Positions 17,403-27,901 of a stretch of DNA of 64,000 bases are shown in pieces; position 1 is the stretch's first letter, and each line of letters opens with the position of its first letter. A program made the translations under genes and the position numbers. This stretch comes from Planctomycetota bacterium (GTDB taxonomy: Bacteria > Planctomycetota > UBA8108 > SXIK01), in assembly GCA_965223845.1 (NCBI GenBank), contig CBDCXR010000004.1, forward strand, positions 1,952,001 through 2,016,000. The letters are read 5' to 3'. The notes below the pieces were generated by a model. The model did no database searches and was not told the origin of the DNA. It was given only the letters and a program-made list of their open reading frames with translations.

Positions 17403-19703
17403 TCACTGGCCCACACTTCGCGCGACTTTCCGGAGGAGGTCACGCACCTGTCGCTGCTTCTTCGCGAGGGAATCCACCCGGAGCTTTTCTTCGGGGCCCA
17501 GCTCCTCCGGCCGCGAGCGATCGAACTCTCGCGTCCGCTCGTTCACCCGCTTCTGCAGCGCCCTCACCATTTTGAGCTCAGCGGATTTCGGGAGGAGCGG
17601 AGCGGCGCCGCTCTGCGACTCCCGCCCCGAGTTCGGATTCGGCGGGGGCGGCTCCTTCTGCGCGCGCTCGAGCGACGCGAGGATATCCTCGATGCTCGCC
17701 TCGATCTGCGACTGGACGTACTGCGTCCGCTGCCCGACGTCGATGCGCGAAAGTGCGCCCGACACCTCGTTCAGATCCGAGCGGATCTCTTCGACGATCT
17801 CGGGAAAGACGAGAGTCGTCCCGTCCTGCTGAAGGAGATCGACGACGTCCTCCGCGATGAGCGCGAGCTCCGATTCACGCTCGGCGAGCGACTCCGCGAC
17901 GAGACGATCTCGTCGCGCCATCGCCTCGAAGCGTTCGCGCTCGGACTCCGTGACGTCCTCCGCGCGGACCAGCTCCCGCGCCTGACTCTTCAGGTGGAGC
18001 GTCTTCGTGCCGGCGGAGATCTTCTTTTGCTCTTCGAGCATGCGCGTGAACTTCTCTTTCAAGTAAGCGAGAAGACGCTCGCGCAGCGCCTCTTGCAGGC
18101 GCTCGAGACTTTCTTCCATCTTCGCGCGCGCGTTTTGGAGCGAGTCGAGCGATTCACGCTGGCGCGACGAGGCCTCGCCGGCTTCACCGCGCCCGAGCTG
18201 TCCGGACGCCTGTCCCATGTTCTGCGCGGCGGACTCGACATCCTTCCGGCCGGGGACCCCTTCTTCCGACCCGATGAGAGGAAGCGGCTTCCGCATCTTC
18301 TCGGCCAGCGAGTCGGTGTCCTTCTTGATTTCGTCTTGCTCGTTCTTCAGGCGCGAGAACTCGCGCCGAGCGCGCAGCCGGTCGAGCTGGTCGCCGCTCG
18401 CGCCGTCCGCCTCCTCGAGCGCCTTGCGCGCTTCTGCCGCGCCGGCCTGGGCGGCCGCGGGATCTCCATCCGCGATCGCCTTCGCGGCGCGCTTCATCGC
18501 GCGAGCCGCGCGGTCGAGGGCGTCCCGATCGAGAACGCTCTCCGGCGCCGGCTCAGGGCGGGGAAGTTTACGGGTGAGCCCGCCGTCACCGGGCGGCGGT
18601 CGAGCTTCGTCGGGGTCTCCGCCCGCGCCGGGCTTGCCCGCTTCGCCGTCCGGCGGGGAGACCGCGGGCTCCGGCTCTCCCGGAGAAGCCTCGGACTCTC
18701 CCGGCGGCCCCGATTCTCCGGACTGACCCGGCTCTCCCGGTGGGCCCGATTCTCCCGGTGTTCCCGGCTGCCCCGATTCACCGGGCGGAGCTTGTTCCCC
18801 GGGCTGACCCGGTTTCCGAGGAGGAGCTTGCTCACCGGGCTGGCCCGGCTCTCCCGGTCGACTCGGCGGCCGGGCCGTGGCGTTACGTTCTACCTCTTCG
18901 GCTCGGTTCGCCTCCCGCGCGGCGTCGCGATCGCGGAGGGTCTCCGTCTCGCGCTGAATCCCCGTCTGCTCGCCGGCGAGGTTTCCGGCTCGTCGCGCGG
19001 CGATCGACTTCGCGGCATCGTCTCCACGCGTCGCGCGCTCGACACCTTTTTGCCGCTCGATCAGGTCGCGCAGCGTTTCCCGCTCGCTCCGGAGCGCCTT
19101 GCTCGACGCCCCCGCGACCTCGGCGTCGTCGCTCCGCAGCTTCGCGCGTGTCTCGTCTTGGATCACGCGGTCGACATCGCCGAGGAGCCCCTTCAAGCGC
19201 TTGATCTCGCGAAGAAGCTCGCGCGGGTCGATGTCTTCCTGAAGCAAGATCCGGAGGACTTCGTCGAGATCGATCGCGACTTCCTCCTGACTCTCGAGAG
19301 CTCGATCGAGCTTCTTCTCGTCGAGGTAGCGAAGGACGCGGTCCATCCCGTCGATGAGGAGTCGCTCTCTCGACTCGAGGAACGCACGCTGAAGCTTGGC
19401 CGCGTTGTAGGGTTCGGTCGCCTTGAGCTGCTCGGCGATGCGCGCCATCGCCTCCTCGAGACGGCGCATCTGCTCGCGCGCGTCGCGCTGCTTGATCGCG
19501 TCGAGGCTGTCGCGATCGACCCGCGCGCCATCCTGCGCGCGAAGCGACGTCGGGGCGCCGAGCCATCCGATCGAAGCCGTCGCGATGCTGATCGCGATCA
19601 TCACGCCCCGAAGTTGGATCCTTACGCCGCGACGCTCTCGCTGTGCCATTTCGGCCTCCGCGCTCGTTCGAGCTCTCGCCATTCGCTCCACGATCACCTT
19701 CAC
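17403..19703 (-). CDS. Exported long coiled-coil protein (DUF4175-like) with collagen-like Gly-X-Y segment
   Basis: GTG start in a GTGA overlap, hydrophobic signal, heptad-rich helices and PGE/PGQ repeats. Confidence 0.78.
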   Translation of the reverse strand: MKVIVERMARARTSAEAEMAQRERRGVRIQLRGVMIAISIATASIGWLGAPTSLRAQDGARVDRDSLDAIKQRDAREQMRRLEEAMARIAEQLKATEPYNAAKLQRAFLESRERLLIDGMDRVLRYLDEKKLDRALESQEEVAIDLDEVLRILLQEDIDPRELLREIKRLKGLLGDVDRVIQDETRAKLRSDDAEVAGASSKALRSERETLRDLIERQKGVERATRGDDAAKSIAARRAGNLAGEQTGIQRETETLRDRDAAREANRAEEVERNATARPPSRPGEPGQPGEQAPPRKPGQPGEQAPPGESGQPGTPGESGPPGEPGQSGESGPPGESEASPGEPEPAVSPPDGEAGKPGAGGDPDEARPPPGDGGLTRKLPRPEPAPESVLDRDALDRAARAMKRAAKAIADGDPAAAQAGAAEARKALEEADGASGDQLDRLRARREFSRLKNEQDEIKKDTDSLAEKMRKPLPLIGSEEGVPGRKDVESAAQNMGQASGQLGRGEAGEASSRQRESLDSLQNARAKMEESLERLQEALRERLLAYLKEKFTRMLEEQKKISAGTKTLHLKSQARELVRAEDVTESERERFEAMARRDRLVAESLAERESELALIAEDVVDLLQQDGTTLVFPEIVEEIRSDLNEVSGALSRIDVGQRTQYVQSQIEASIEDILASLERAQKEPPPPNPNSGRESQSGAAPLLPKSAELKMVRALQKRVNERTREFDRSRPEELGPEEKLRVDSLAKKQRQVRDLLRKVARSVGQ

Positions 19704-22084
19704 TGCTCTTCGGTCCGATTCGCGCCGCCCTCGCGCTCCGGCGGAACCGCACGTCCCGTATTGTCGCTCGTCTCCGCCGGTTCGCCAACGCCGTCCCCGG
19801 CATCCTCGTCCTCTTCGATCAGTTCGTCGTCCTCGAAGAACGAGTCGACGGTCGCCTCGTAGAGTCGCCGCGTCTCGGCCGTCGCCTCTTTGTGGATGCT
19901 GAGAATGGAGCGAAGCCGGTGAACGATCTCGGTGAATCCCTCCATCCGGCGCAGATTCCGGATGATCCGTTCGAGCTCCTCGATGACCGCGTCTACGCCT
20001 TGCGCCAGCTCCCATCCCGACTCGGCGCGCGCCGGGGCCGAACGCTCCTCGCGGACGCGCCGGAGGAGGGTGACCGTCTCGGGGAGCGCCTCCGCCGCGA
20101 GGGCGTCGAGGGGAGAGATGATCTGCGCCGCGAGACGCTCGCTGTCCTCCGCCTCCGCGATCCGATTGTTCTTCATTTCGTCGAGGATCTGACGAATCGC
20201 CCCCGCGATCGCTGCGAGCTGGCGCGAAAGTTGGCGCTGCGTCTTCGCGGCGGCGACGATCTCGTCGATCGCCGTTCCAGCGAGCTCTCCGTCGGCCCGC
20301 CACGTCGAATTGAGCGCCGAGTAAACTCGGTCACGGATCGTCTTTTCGAGCGTGAGTGCACGCTCGAGCGCGCGGCGCTGCTCGACCTCGCGACGGAGGA
20401 GCTCCTCACCGAGTCGCTCCGGAGTGACGACGAGAAAGGCTAGTCGCGAGCTCTCTCCGGTTTGCGCTCCGCGGATCGCGTTGTTGTCGACCGCCCGCAC
20501 CCGAAGATCGATGCGGATCCCCGGCTCGAACGCGTGGGGGAGTAGATCCCAGACGAGCACGTCCTCGAACTCGCGAGCGGGTGGGTCGAGCGGAGGAAAC
20601 GGCTCTTCTCCCCGTCGCGCCTCCGGTGAGTCCCCGCCCTCAGCAGCGGCTTCCGCGCTCGATTCGTCGGGCGGAGCAGAACTCGCGTCCTCGCTCGCCT
20701 CCGACTCCTCCCCGGCGATCTCGACGACTTCGAACGCGACGCTGAGCTGCGTCACGCGGTAGTCGTCCTCGGCGCGCACCTCGAGGGGAATCATCGCCGC
20801 GGGCGTCACGAGTCCGCTCACGCCTCGCGGCCTCGCTCGCACGCTCGGAGCGCGGTCCGGAAGCACGTGGACGAAGAAGCGGAACGGGCGTTCGGGGGGA
20901 ACACGCTCAGTATCCTCGAGGACGATCGACACGGCTCCGCCGCTCACCGGCTTGTACACGCCGCGGAACTCGTTCTCGTCACCGGCCGTCACGACGAGCG
21001 GAGCCGCTTCGTCCTCCGCCTCGAGACGCGCGGCGCGGAGCGGCTTGGATGCCCGTCCCCGAAGATGGATCGTCGTTCCTTCCGGCACGGAGACATCGCC
21101 CACGTCGTCCTCGATCGATTCCTCCGCGCGGTGCGTGTGCGGCGGGAACACGAGCTGAAGAGCGAGCTCTTCGACGCGCGGCCGCGCCAACGGTCGTACG
21201 GTGTGGACCGGCGAGCGGAAGTCGCCGCCCTCGAGCACGAAACGAAACTCCTCCAGCACCTGGTCGACCTCGAACACGAACATGCGGTCCGACTCGCGCG
21301 CGAGCGTGAGGCGACGCCGCTCCGAACCGAAGTCGAGACGAATGCGCACCCGGCGAGGGAGCTCGCCGTCGGCTCGAACTCGGAGGACGAGTGGATCGCC
21401 GCTCGGAACTCCGCGGGTGAACTCGGGGGGGGAGAAGCCCTCGGCGACGAGACGCGTACGGTACGGCCACTCGGCGGTCGCGCTGAGAAGAACCTGGCGC
21501 TCGAACCAGAGCGCGAGCGTCTCTCCGAGGGGGACCGCGAGTGCGAGCGCGAGCGCGAACGCCGCGCAACCGGCGGTGAGTGCGGCGACGACGCGCGGGG
21601 TGTCGATCACGCTCGAAACGTCGATCCGATGGATATCGCGCGCCGTGCGACGCGCCACCTCGCGTTTCATTTGGACGGCGAGGTCGTCGTCCACTCGGCT
21701 CTCTGCTCGAACGCGCGGGTCGCGCACGAAATCGAGACTGCTCCGCAGCGTGTCGAGTAAGTCGGGGTGGCGGCGTTCGACGAGATCGGCGAGGCGTTCC
21801 GGCCGGAGGGGCACTCGGCACGGCGAGATCAGCCAGCGCCAGACGAGCCAGGCGATCACTCCGAGATAGACGACGAGCGAGACCGCACGCACCGGAACGG
21901 GAAGGCGGAATACGCGGTCGACGACGAGCGACAGCGCGACGATGCCGAGCACCGACAGAAAGAGGAGCGACAATCCACGGACGATCACGTTCGCGCGGAT
22001 GAGGAACGCGAGGCGCCGGAGGGCGCCGTCGAGCTCGCGCGCGATCGGCGACGGAGCGGTCGTCTTCTCGTGGCGGTCGTTCAC
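19700..22084 (-). CDS. Membrane protein with Ig-like domains and coiled coil (DUF4175-like)
   Basis: Three N-terminal TM helices, DLVERRHPDLLDTLRSSLDF, PDRAPSV, AEDDY, RAVDNN. GTGA overlap. Confidence 0.82.
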   Translation of the reverse strand: MNDRHEKTTAPSPIARELDGALRRLAFLIRANVIVRGLSLLFLSVLGIVALSLVVDRVFRLPVPVRAVSLVVYLGVIAWLVWRWLISPCRVPLRPERLADLVERRHPDLLDTLRSSLDFVRDPRVRAESRVDDDLAVQMKREVARRTARDIHRIDVSSVIDTPRVVAALTAGCAAFALALALAVPLGETLALWFERQVLLSATAEWPYRTRLVAEGFSPPEFTRGVPSGDPLVLRVRADGELPRRVRIRLDFGSERRRLTLARESDRMFVFEVDQVLEEFRFVLEGGDFRSPVHTVRPLARPRVEELALQLVFPPHTHRAEESIEDDVGDVSVPEGTTIHLRGRASKPLRAARLEAEDEAAPLVVTAGDENEFRGVYKPVSGGAVSIVLEDTERVPPERPFRFFVHVLPDRAPSVRARPRGVSGLVTPAAMIPLEVRAEDDYRVTQLSVAFEVVEIAGEESEASEDASSAPPDESSAEAAAEGGDSPEARRGEEPFPPLDPPAREFEDVLVWDLLPHAFEPGIRIDLRVRAVDNNAIRGAQTGESSRLAFLVVTPERLGEELLRREVEQRRALERALTLEKTIRDRVYSALNSTWRADGELAGTAIDEIVAAAKTQRQLSRQLAAIAGAIRQILDEMKNNRIAEAEDSERLAAQIISPLDALAAEALPETVTLLRRVREERSAPARAESGWELAQGVDAVIEELERIIRNLRRMEGFTEIVHRLRSILSIHKEATAETRRLYEATVDSFFEDDELIEEDEDAGDGVGEPAETSDNTGRAVPPEREGGANRTEEQ

Positions 22085-24666
22085 AGCAGTCGATTCAACT
22101 TCCGAAGGATCCACTCGGCCGCGAGTAGAATGGCGAGAACGGTCATGCAGAACCAGTTGTCCCAGAGCGGGATCGGCTCCTCGGAGGCGACGACGACTTG
22201 CCGGCGATCCGGGATCCCATCGGGAATGCCGTCGATCGCGTCGATATCGACGTAGCGTCCACCCGTCGACTCTGCGAGCTCGCGCAGCGCCGCGTCGTCG
22301 AGTCGAGGGTCGAGGAACTCGAGTCGGGGGGCGTCGACTCGCACGCGCTTTGGTTCGCTCTCCGACCCGGCGCTGTACTCGATCGCATACTCGCCGATCG
22401 CGCTCGGATCAAACAAGCCTCGGAACCATCCGGGTGAGTTCGCGTCGGCGACGAGGTGGACATCCTCAGAGTCGCCGTCCGGCTCCGTGATCGTGAGCGC
22501 CGCGTCCTCCGCCTCGATCGGCTGGTAGTTCTCGTCGAGGAGATAGAGACCGAGCCGCCACGTCTCGCCGAGCTCGTAGGTATCGCGGTCCGTCTGCACG
22601 AGAGCTCGCTCGCGCCGGACGAGGCGCCCTTCCGTAAGGAAGCGAATCGACTGGATCCAGAACCGCTCGTAAATCTCCTCGGCGAGCGGACGCCACCGCC
22701 AGGTCGCATCGATCCCCGACCACAGGACTCGGCCGCCGCCGAAGTACTGCGTCGCCACGAGTGGTCGCGGATGGCCGTCACGCGCGAGGCTAGGATCGGG
22801 GTGGACGAAGAGCACCGTCGCTCCCGGCTTCGCGCGGCGCGCGGGGAACGACCAAAAGAACCCGGCGATCTCGGCCCAGCGCATCCGGTTTCGCTCGACC
22901 TGCGACGACAACCGCGTCGCGGCGTGGAGTGCTGCGTCGTCCGTAGGTACGAGAGACCATTCGCGCTCGTAGAAGTATCCCTGCTCGAGTTGATCGCGGA
23001 CATCGATCGATTCGACGAGTACGGGGAGCGCGTCGCGGAGTCCGGCCGCCGCGGGCGCGTCGAAAAACTCGATCGAGTACTTGTCGCCCGCGATGTACGC
23101 GAGTCCCCCGTGGTGCTCGGAAACGAACGATTCGAGGAGGGAGAGCATCGCCGGGGGCATCGCTCGCGGATCGACGTCCATGAGGACGACGACGTCGTAC
23201 TCGAAGAGATCCTTCGCCGTGTCGGGGAGCCGCTTGAGCTGAACGTCTCCCTCCTGCGGGTACTCGGGATCCGCGCTCATGAGCCACGCCGCGACGGTAA
23301 TGCGGGCATCGCGCTTGAAGAGATTCTTCAGGTATCGGTATTCGTAGCTCGGACCGCCGGCGACGAGAAGCACGCGCGACGCCTCCTCGACGACCTCGAG
23401 CTCGAACGCCCTTTCGTTGTCGTCCGCGAACGACTCCTCCGGATCGGGGTCGATGCGCGCGACGATGCGGTGGGGGCCGATCCCCTCCGGCGCGTGCTCG
23501 AAGTGAATCGTCAGCTCGCTCGCGTCTGCGGGAAGCTCGACGTCACGCGTCCCGATCGTGACGGGTGCCGCTTCGACGCCATCGGCCGATCGCGCCGTGT
23601 CGGTGAGCTCCACGCGAACCGTCTCGCCACCGTAACCGTGCTGCTCGAGACGGACGTCGATCGCGATCGGGTCGCCGACGAAGACGCGTTCGTTCGCGAC
23701 GATCGCGGCGAGTCGTAGATTCCGCGTCGGCGCCGGATCGCCGACCCCGACCGCGTAGACCGGGATGCGCTGGCTGCGGAGCAGTCCGGCCACGCCCTTC
23801 AGGTCTTCGCCCGCGGTGATCCGTCCGTCGGAGACGACGACGACCGCCGCGACCCGCGTGCCCGCCTCGGCTTCGACCGACGTTCGAATCGCACTCGCGA
23901 TGTCCGTCGTATCCCCGCGGAGCTCGAGGTCGATCGGTCCCTCCCAATCGGACGGTGACGCGCCGGACACGGAGGTGGAATCCGTCTCCGGATTCGCCGA
24001 GCTCGGCGGCTCCGCCCGGCGCGCGGGATCCGCGTCCGGCGGAGTCGAGGGCTTGGCCGCGGCGATCGGCCGCAGCGGCCCGGCAAAGCCGTAGACCTTC
24101 AGACGGTTCTTCTCGGCGAGGCGAGCGAGCACGCGCCAGCCGTCGTGGTCGAGCGCGCGCTCGACGATCTCGGCCCGGGTCATCCCGGTGACGGCGCTCG
24201 GCTCGAGCTCGAATCGCGTAGCGACGCGCTGCAGGATCGCGCCGCTACTCAGATAGCGATCGCGGATTCCGTGACTCCGCGATTCATCGACGAGGACGAT
24301 CGTCGTCGCGCGGACGTCCCGCGCCCGATCCACCTCGAGCACCGGGTAGGCGAGAACGAGGCCGAGGACGATGAGAAACCCGACCCGGAGCGAAGCCATG
24401 ACCGCGCGGCGGGGTCCCGGTACGTTCCCTTCGCGCCGATAGAGCCAAACGATGAACGCACCGCCGGCGAGGAGGAGGATCAAGGCGAGAAGCGCCCACG
24501 CACCTTCCGGCAGACGGGCGAAGCGAAAATGGGCGGTGCTCCCTTCGAGCGCGTCGGGATCGACCGAGAGAAGTCGAAGGATCCAGTCGGGCGGCGCCGA
24601 CGACGGAGCGGCCTGTGCGACCCAGGGCTCGATGATTCCCATGACTCCGCTCAGGTGGAGGCTCAT
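22081..24666 (-). CDS. VWA-domain membrane protein with Ig-like and glutamine-amidotransferase-like domains
   Basis: MIDAS DESRS...TDI...VSDG, VLLVAGGPSYEYRYL, FEYDVVVL, TWRWR, and C-terminal TM ending AEWILRK. ATGA overlap. Confidence 0.87.
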   Translation of the reverse strand: MSLHLSGVMGIIEPWVAQAAPSSAPPDWILRLLSVDPDALEGSTAHFRFARLPEGAWALLALILLLAGGAFIVWLYRREGNVPGPRRAVMASLRVGFLIVLGLVLAYPVLEVDRARDVRATTIVLVDESRSHGIRDRYLSSGAILQRVATRFELEPSAVTGMTRAEIVERALDHDGWRVLARLAEKNRLKVYGFAGPLRPIAAAKPSTPPDADPARRAEPPSSANPETDSTSVSGASPSDWEGPIDLELRGDTTDIASAIRTSVEAEAGTRVAAVVVVSDGRITAGEDLKGVAGLLRSQRIPVYAVGVGDPAPTRNLRLAAIVANERVFVGDPIAIDVRLEQHGYGGETVRVELTDTARSADGVEAAPVTIGTRDVELPADASELTIHFEHAPEGIGPHRIVARIDPDPEESFADDNERAFELEVVEEASRVLLVAGGPSYEYRYLKNLFKRDARITVAAWLMSADPEYPQEGDVQLKRLPDTAKDLFEYDVVVLMDVDPRAMPPAMLSLLESFVSEHHGGLAYIAGDKYSIEFFDAPAAAGLRDALPVLVESIDVRDQLEQGYFYEREWSLVPTDDAALHAATRLSSQVERNRMRWAEIAGFFWSFPARRAKPGATVLFVHPDPSLARDGHPRPLVATQYFGGGRVLWSGIDATWRWRPLAEEIYERFWIQSIRFLTEGRLVRRERALVQTDRDTYELGETWRLGLYLLDENYQPIEAEDAALTITEPDGDSEDVHLVADANSPGWFRGLFDPSAIGEYAIEYSAGSESEPKRVRVDAPRLEFLDPRLDDAALRELAESTGGRYVDIDAIDGIPDGIPDRRQVVVASEEPIPLWDNWFCMTVLAILLAAEWILRKLNRLL

Positions 24667-26996
24667 CGCACGCCTCCCTTCGCTCGGGGGGCGTTGCCCG
24701 AGGTCGAGTCGCGGTGGTGCGCGAACTTCCAGGCGAGGAAAGCCTCGACGAAGAGGACGAGTACGAGAAACGCGAGGAGAAGGTCTGCGATTTCGAATCG
24801 TCCGCGACCGACACTCGCGAGCGTCGAGGCTCCGGAGACGACCGAGAGATCTACGCCGGGGTAGAGACGCTCGAGGGCCTCGCTCGAAACCCGCGTGAGA
24901 TCGGACTCCTCCGCCGCGCGCGTCAAGGCGAAGACCCGCCACTCCTCTTCTCCCTCCTTTGTCCGGAGAGCGAAGGAGTAGTGTCCCGCTCGCGTTGTGC
25001 CCGGGACGACGAACTGGAACTCGCTCGCGCCCGGCGCGGCCGGTGAGGCGTTGAGCGTCCGTTCCGGCACCGCGGGATAACCGGGAGGTCGCACGCGGGC
25101 TTGGCGCTCATACCGCGCGATGTCGACTGGGATGGCAAGCGGAGCGCCGACTCTTCGTTCGGTCGTCACGACTCCCGTTCGCGCGAGCGTCGCGACGAGA
25201 TCCTGAACGAGAATGAGATAGGTGGGGCTGCGCGGCCAATCGCTCCACTCGAAATCCGCACTCGTCGCGGCGAGGATCACGCGCCCTTCGCCGAAGGCGT
25301 GCTCGACGATGGCAGGGCTTCCCCTCGGATCGCTGAACCTCGCGAGCACCTGAGCCGACACCGTCGGCTCGAGCGCGAAGTACGACATCACGTCGACGTG
25401 CTGGAACGCCTCTCCAACTTCACGCAGCGAGCGAAAGTAGGGATGACTCAAGTCCGGGGCGAAATGCACCGGATCCTGGGTCGCGTCGACGATCTCGCCG
25501 ACGCGAGCGGGCAGGAAGCGGGCGTCCGACTCGCGCTCGGACGATGCCTCCGCTTCGCTCGCGTTGGTTTCCCCGGCACTCGCGCCGCCTCCGAGAACGC
25601 GATTGTAGAGATCGCCATCGACCTGATCCCCGAGAAAGACGATCGCCGAGCCGCCGCCGCGGACGAACTCGTTCAGCCGGGCGAGAAAGTCCTCTGGTAG
25701 CGCGAACAGATTGCAGAGAAAGACACTCGTGTACTCGTCGAGTCGAACCTGCGAGAGACTCTCTTCGACGACGACGTCCGGGCGGACGCCGGAGGTCTCG
25801 TCGCCCGACGGAGCGAGGGCCATCTCGAGAACATCCGTCTCCCCCTCGAAGCGCTCGGACGACGGCTCGCCGCTCACCAAGAGGATCTTCACCGACTCGA
25901 CGACGTCGACAGCCACCGCGTACCGATCGTCGGTCGGAAGGGCGTCATCCGCTCCGCGGACCTCGACATCGACCGCGTGCGGACCGGCCTCACGGAAACG
26001 GATGAACACCGCCGCCGTGCGCGTCTCGCCGGGCTCGAGTGCGGCGAGCGCCGGCCCGTTCACGTCGGCCCAGCTCCACTCGTCCTCACGGACTTCCGCG
26101 TAGCGAAGCGCGAGCTGAAGTCCGCGTGCGGGCGCGTCGCCGAAGTTCCTCACGCTCACGGCGAACTCGGTCGGGACGCCGGCGACCGCGGGTCCGCGCT
26201 GCTCGACCCCTGTGAGGGCGACGTTGCCGCGAACCTCCTTTGCCACGTCGACGACGACGAGACGCGCAGGAGTCTCCTCGTCGGCCGAGAGCCGCGCGAG
26301 CGCCGCCGCCAGACGGGGGTCCGCTCCGCCGGCGCCATCCGTCCAGTCGGCGGCCCGCAGGTCGGAAAGTACGGTGACCGCGAGCGGCCGACTCAGCGCG
26401 TCTTCGACGCCGGCGCGATCCTCCGCGAGCGCCTCGAGCACGTCGGCGAGATGGAGGCGCGTATCGTTCGGGGAGAACGTCGCGAGGCGCCGCGCCAGGG
26501 CGGCGGAACCCTCGTCGTCGAGGGGCACTCGACGGACGAGCGGCGCACGCGGGGCCGACGAACGAAGCACGCTCGCACGATCGGAGCCGCCCTCGTCCAC
26601 GAGATGATCGAGTGCGCTCGCGAGCGCTTCCACCTCGCGCTCGAAGACCGTCCGGCCACCGATGGCGCACGTCGTAGAGAACGAGTCGTCGAGCACGAAG
26701 GTCTTCTCTTCCGAGCGAAACGCCGAGCCGAGCCACGAAAAGCTGCTGCCCGAGAGGATCGGCCGGGCGAGCGCGAATCCGAGAAGAGCCATCATCGCGA
26801 TGCGAAGCAGCAGCAAGATGAGCTGCTCGAGGCGGATGCGGCGTCGATTCCTCTTGAGCGCGCGAAGGAGGAACTCCATCGCGGCCCACTCGATCCGCCG
26901 CACGCGCCGGCGGTGGATGAGGTGGATGATGATCGGAATCGACACGAGGGCGAGCGTCGCCCAGGCGAGAGCGCTGTTCAGAAAAAACGAACCCAT
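24663..26996 (-). CDS. BatA N-terminal + VWA domain membrane protein
   Basis: IPIIIHLIHRRR..WAAMEFL..LLLLR..ALARP (BatA), DDSFS and LSDL, CARDB-like domain, C-terminal TM. Confidence 0.9.
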   Translation of the reverse strand: MGSFFLNSALAWATLALVSIPIIIHLIHRRRVRRIEWAAMEFLLRALKRNRRRIRLEQLILLLLRIAMMALLGFALARPILSGSSFSWLGSAFRSEEKTFVLDDSFSTTCAIGGRTVFEREVEALASALDHLVDEGGSDRASVLRSSAPRAPLVRRVPLDDEGSAALARRLATFSPNDTRLHLADVLEALAEDRAGVEDALSRPLAVTVLSDLRAADWTDGAGGADPRLAAALARLSADEETPARLVVVDVAKEVRGNVALTGVEQRGPAVAGVPTEFAVSVRNFGDAPARGLQLALRYAEVREDEWSWADVNGPALAALEPGETRTAAVFIRFREAGPHAVDVEVRGADDALPTDDRYAVAVDVVESVKILLVSGEPSSERFEGETDVLEMALAPSGDETSGVRPDVVVEESLSQVRLDEYTSVFLCNLFALPEDFLARLNEFVRGGGSAIVFLGDQVDGDLYNRVLGGGASAGETNASEAEASSERESDARFLPARVGEIVDATQDPVHFAPDLSHPYFRSLREVGEAFQHVDVMSYFALEPTVSAQVLARFSDPRGSPAIVEHAFGEGRVILAATSADFEWSDWPRSPTYLILVQDLVATLARTGVVTTERRVGAPLAIPVDIARYERQARVRPPGYPAVPERTLNASPAAPGASEFQFVVPGTTRAGHYSFALRTKEGEEEWRVFALTRAAEESDLTRVSSEALERLYPGVDLSVVSGASTLASVGRGRFEIADLLLAFLVLVLFVEAFLAWKFAHHRDSTSGNAPRAKGGVR

Positions 26997-27901
26997 TACC
27001 TCGCCCTCCGGCCGTGCCGATTCCGGGCGGCGAGAACGGAGATGATCGCGGCGTCGAGCGGCTCGCCGGTGTGCGTTCGGTGGTAATCGAGCCCGAGAGT
27101 CGCGCAGAGGCGCTCGACATCATCGAGGTAGCGCTCGAGCTCCTCGATGTAGGCATCGCGGAGCGCGCGCGGGTCGGTCACGACCTCCGGATAGTCCTCA
27201 AGCCCGTCGAAGAGCACGTTCCCTTCAAACGGAAACGAGAGCTCGGCCTCGTCGAGGACGTGGAAGACGACGAGGTCGTGGCCGCGGAGCTGAAAGGCCT
27301 GAAGGCCTCGCTCGAGATCGTCGATGGGTGCGAAAAGGTCGGAGATGATGACGACGAGGCCGCGGCGCGGCAGCGACTCGGCGAGCGCACTGAAGGTATC
27401 GCCGACCGACGTCTTTCGCGTCACCTCGGCGCCGTCCATGAGGTCGGCGAGGCGGAGGAGGATCGACGGATGCGTGCTCGGCGGCATGCGGTCGCGGATC
27501 TCTTCATCGAACAGCGTGACCCCGACGGCGTCATGTTGACGCTGAAGAAGATAGGCGATCGACGCGAGGAGCGTTCCGCCGTAGTCGTACTTCGTCATCG
27601 CCGACGAGCCGTAGCGCATCGATTCCGATGCATCGAGGAGAAGATGGCCGCGAAGATTCGTCTCCTCTTCGTACCGCTTGAGCACGAAGCGGTCGGCTCG
27701 ACCGAAAACCTTCCAATCGAGGTGGCGGATGTCGTCTCCCGGAACGTAGGGGCGATGATCGACGAACTCGACGGACTGACCGTGGTACGGGCTTTTGTGC
27801 ATGCCCGAGATCATTCCCTCGACGACCATCTTCGCCCGCAGCTCAAGGCTGCCGATCCGAGCGAGAACCTTAGGACTGTAGAACCTTTCGTAGCTGGCCA
27901 T
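26996..27901 (-). CDS. DUF58 domain protein
   Basis: [44 protein letters not shown]. Confidence 0.95.
   Translation of the reverse strand: MASYERFYSPKVLARIGSLELRAKMVVEGMISGMHKSPYHGQSVEFVDHRPYVPGDDIRHLDWKVFGRADRFVLKRYEEETNLRGHLLLDASESMRYGSSAMTKYDYGGTLLASIAYLLQRQHDAVGVTLFDEEIRDRMPPSTHPSILLRLADLMDGAEVTRKTSVGDTFSALAESLPRRGLVVIISDLFAPIDDLERGLQAFQLRGHDLVVFHVLDEAELSFPFEGNVLFDGLEDYPEVVTDPRALRDAYIEELERYLDDVERLCATLGLDYHRTHTGEPLDAAIISVLAARNRHGRRAR

Noticed and set aside
15673-19862. 719-aa and 622-aa plus-strand ORFs
   Set aside because: Antisense shadows of the coupled minus-strand operon. The same applies to 22456-23718, 30044-31669 and 54402-56216.
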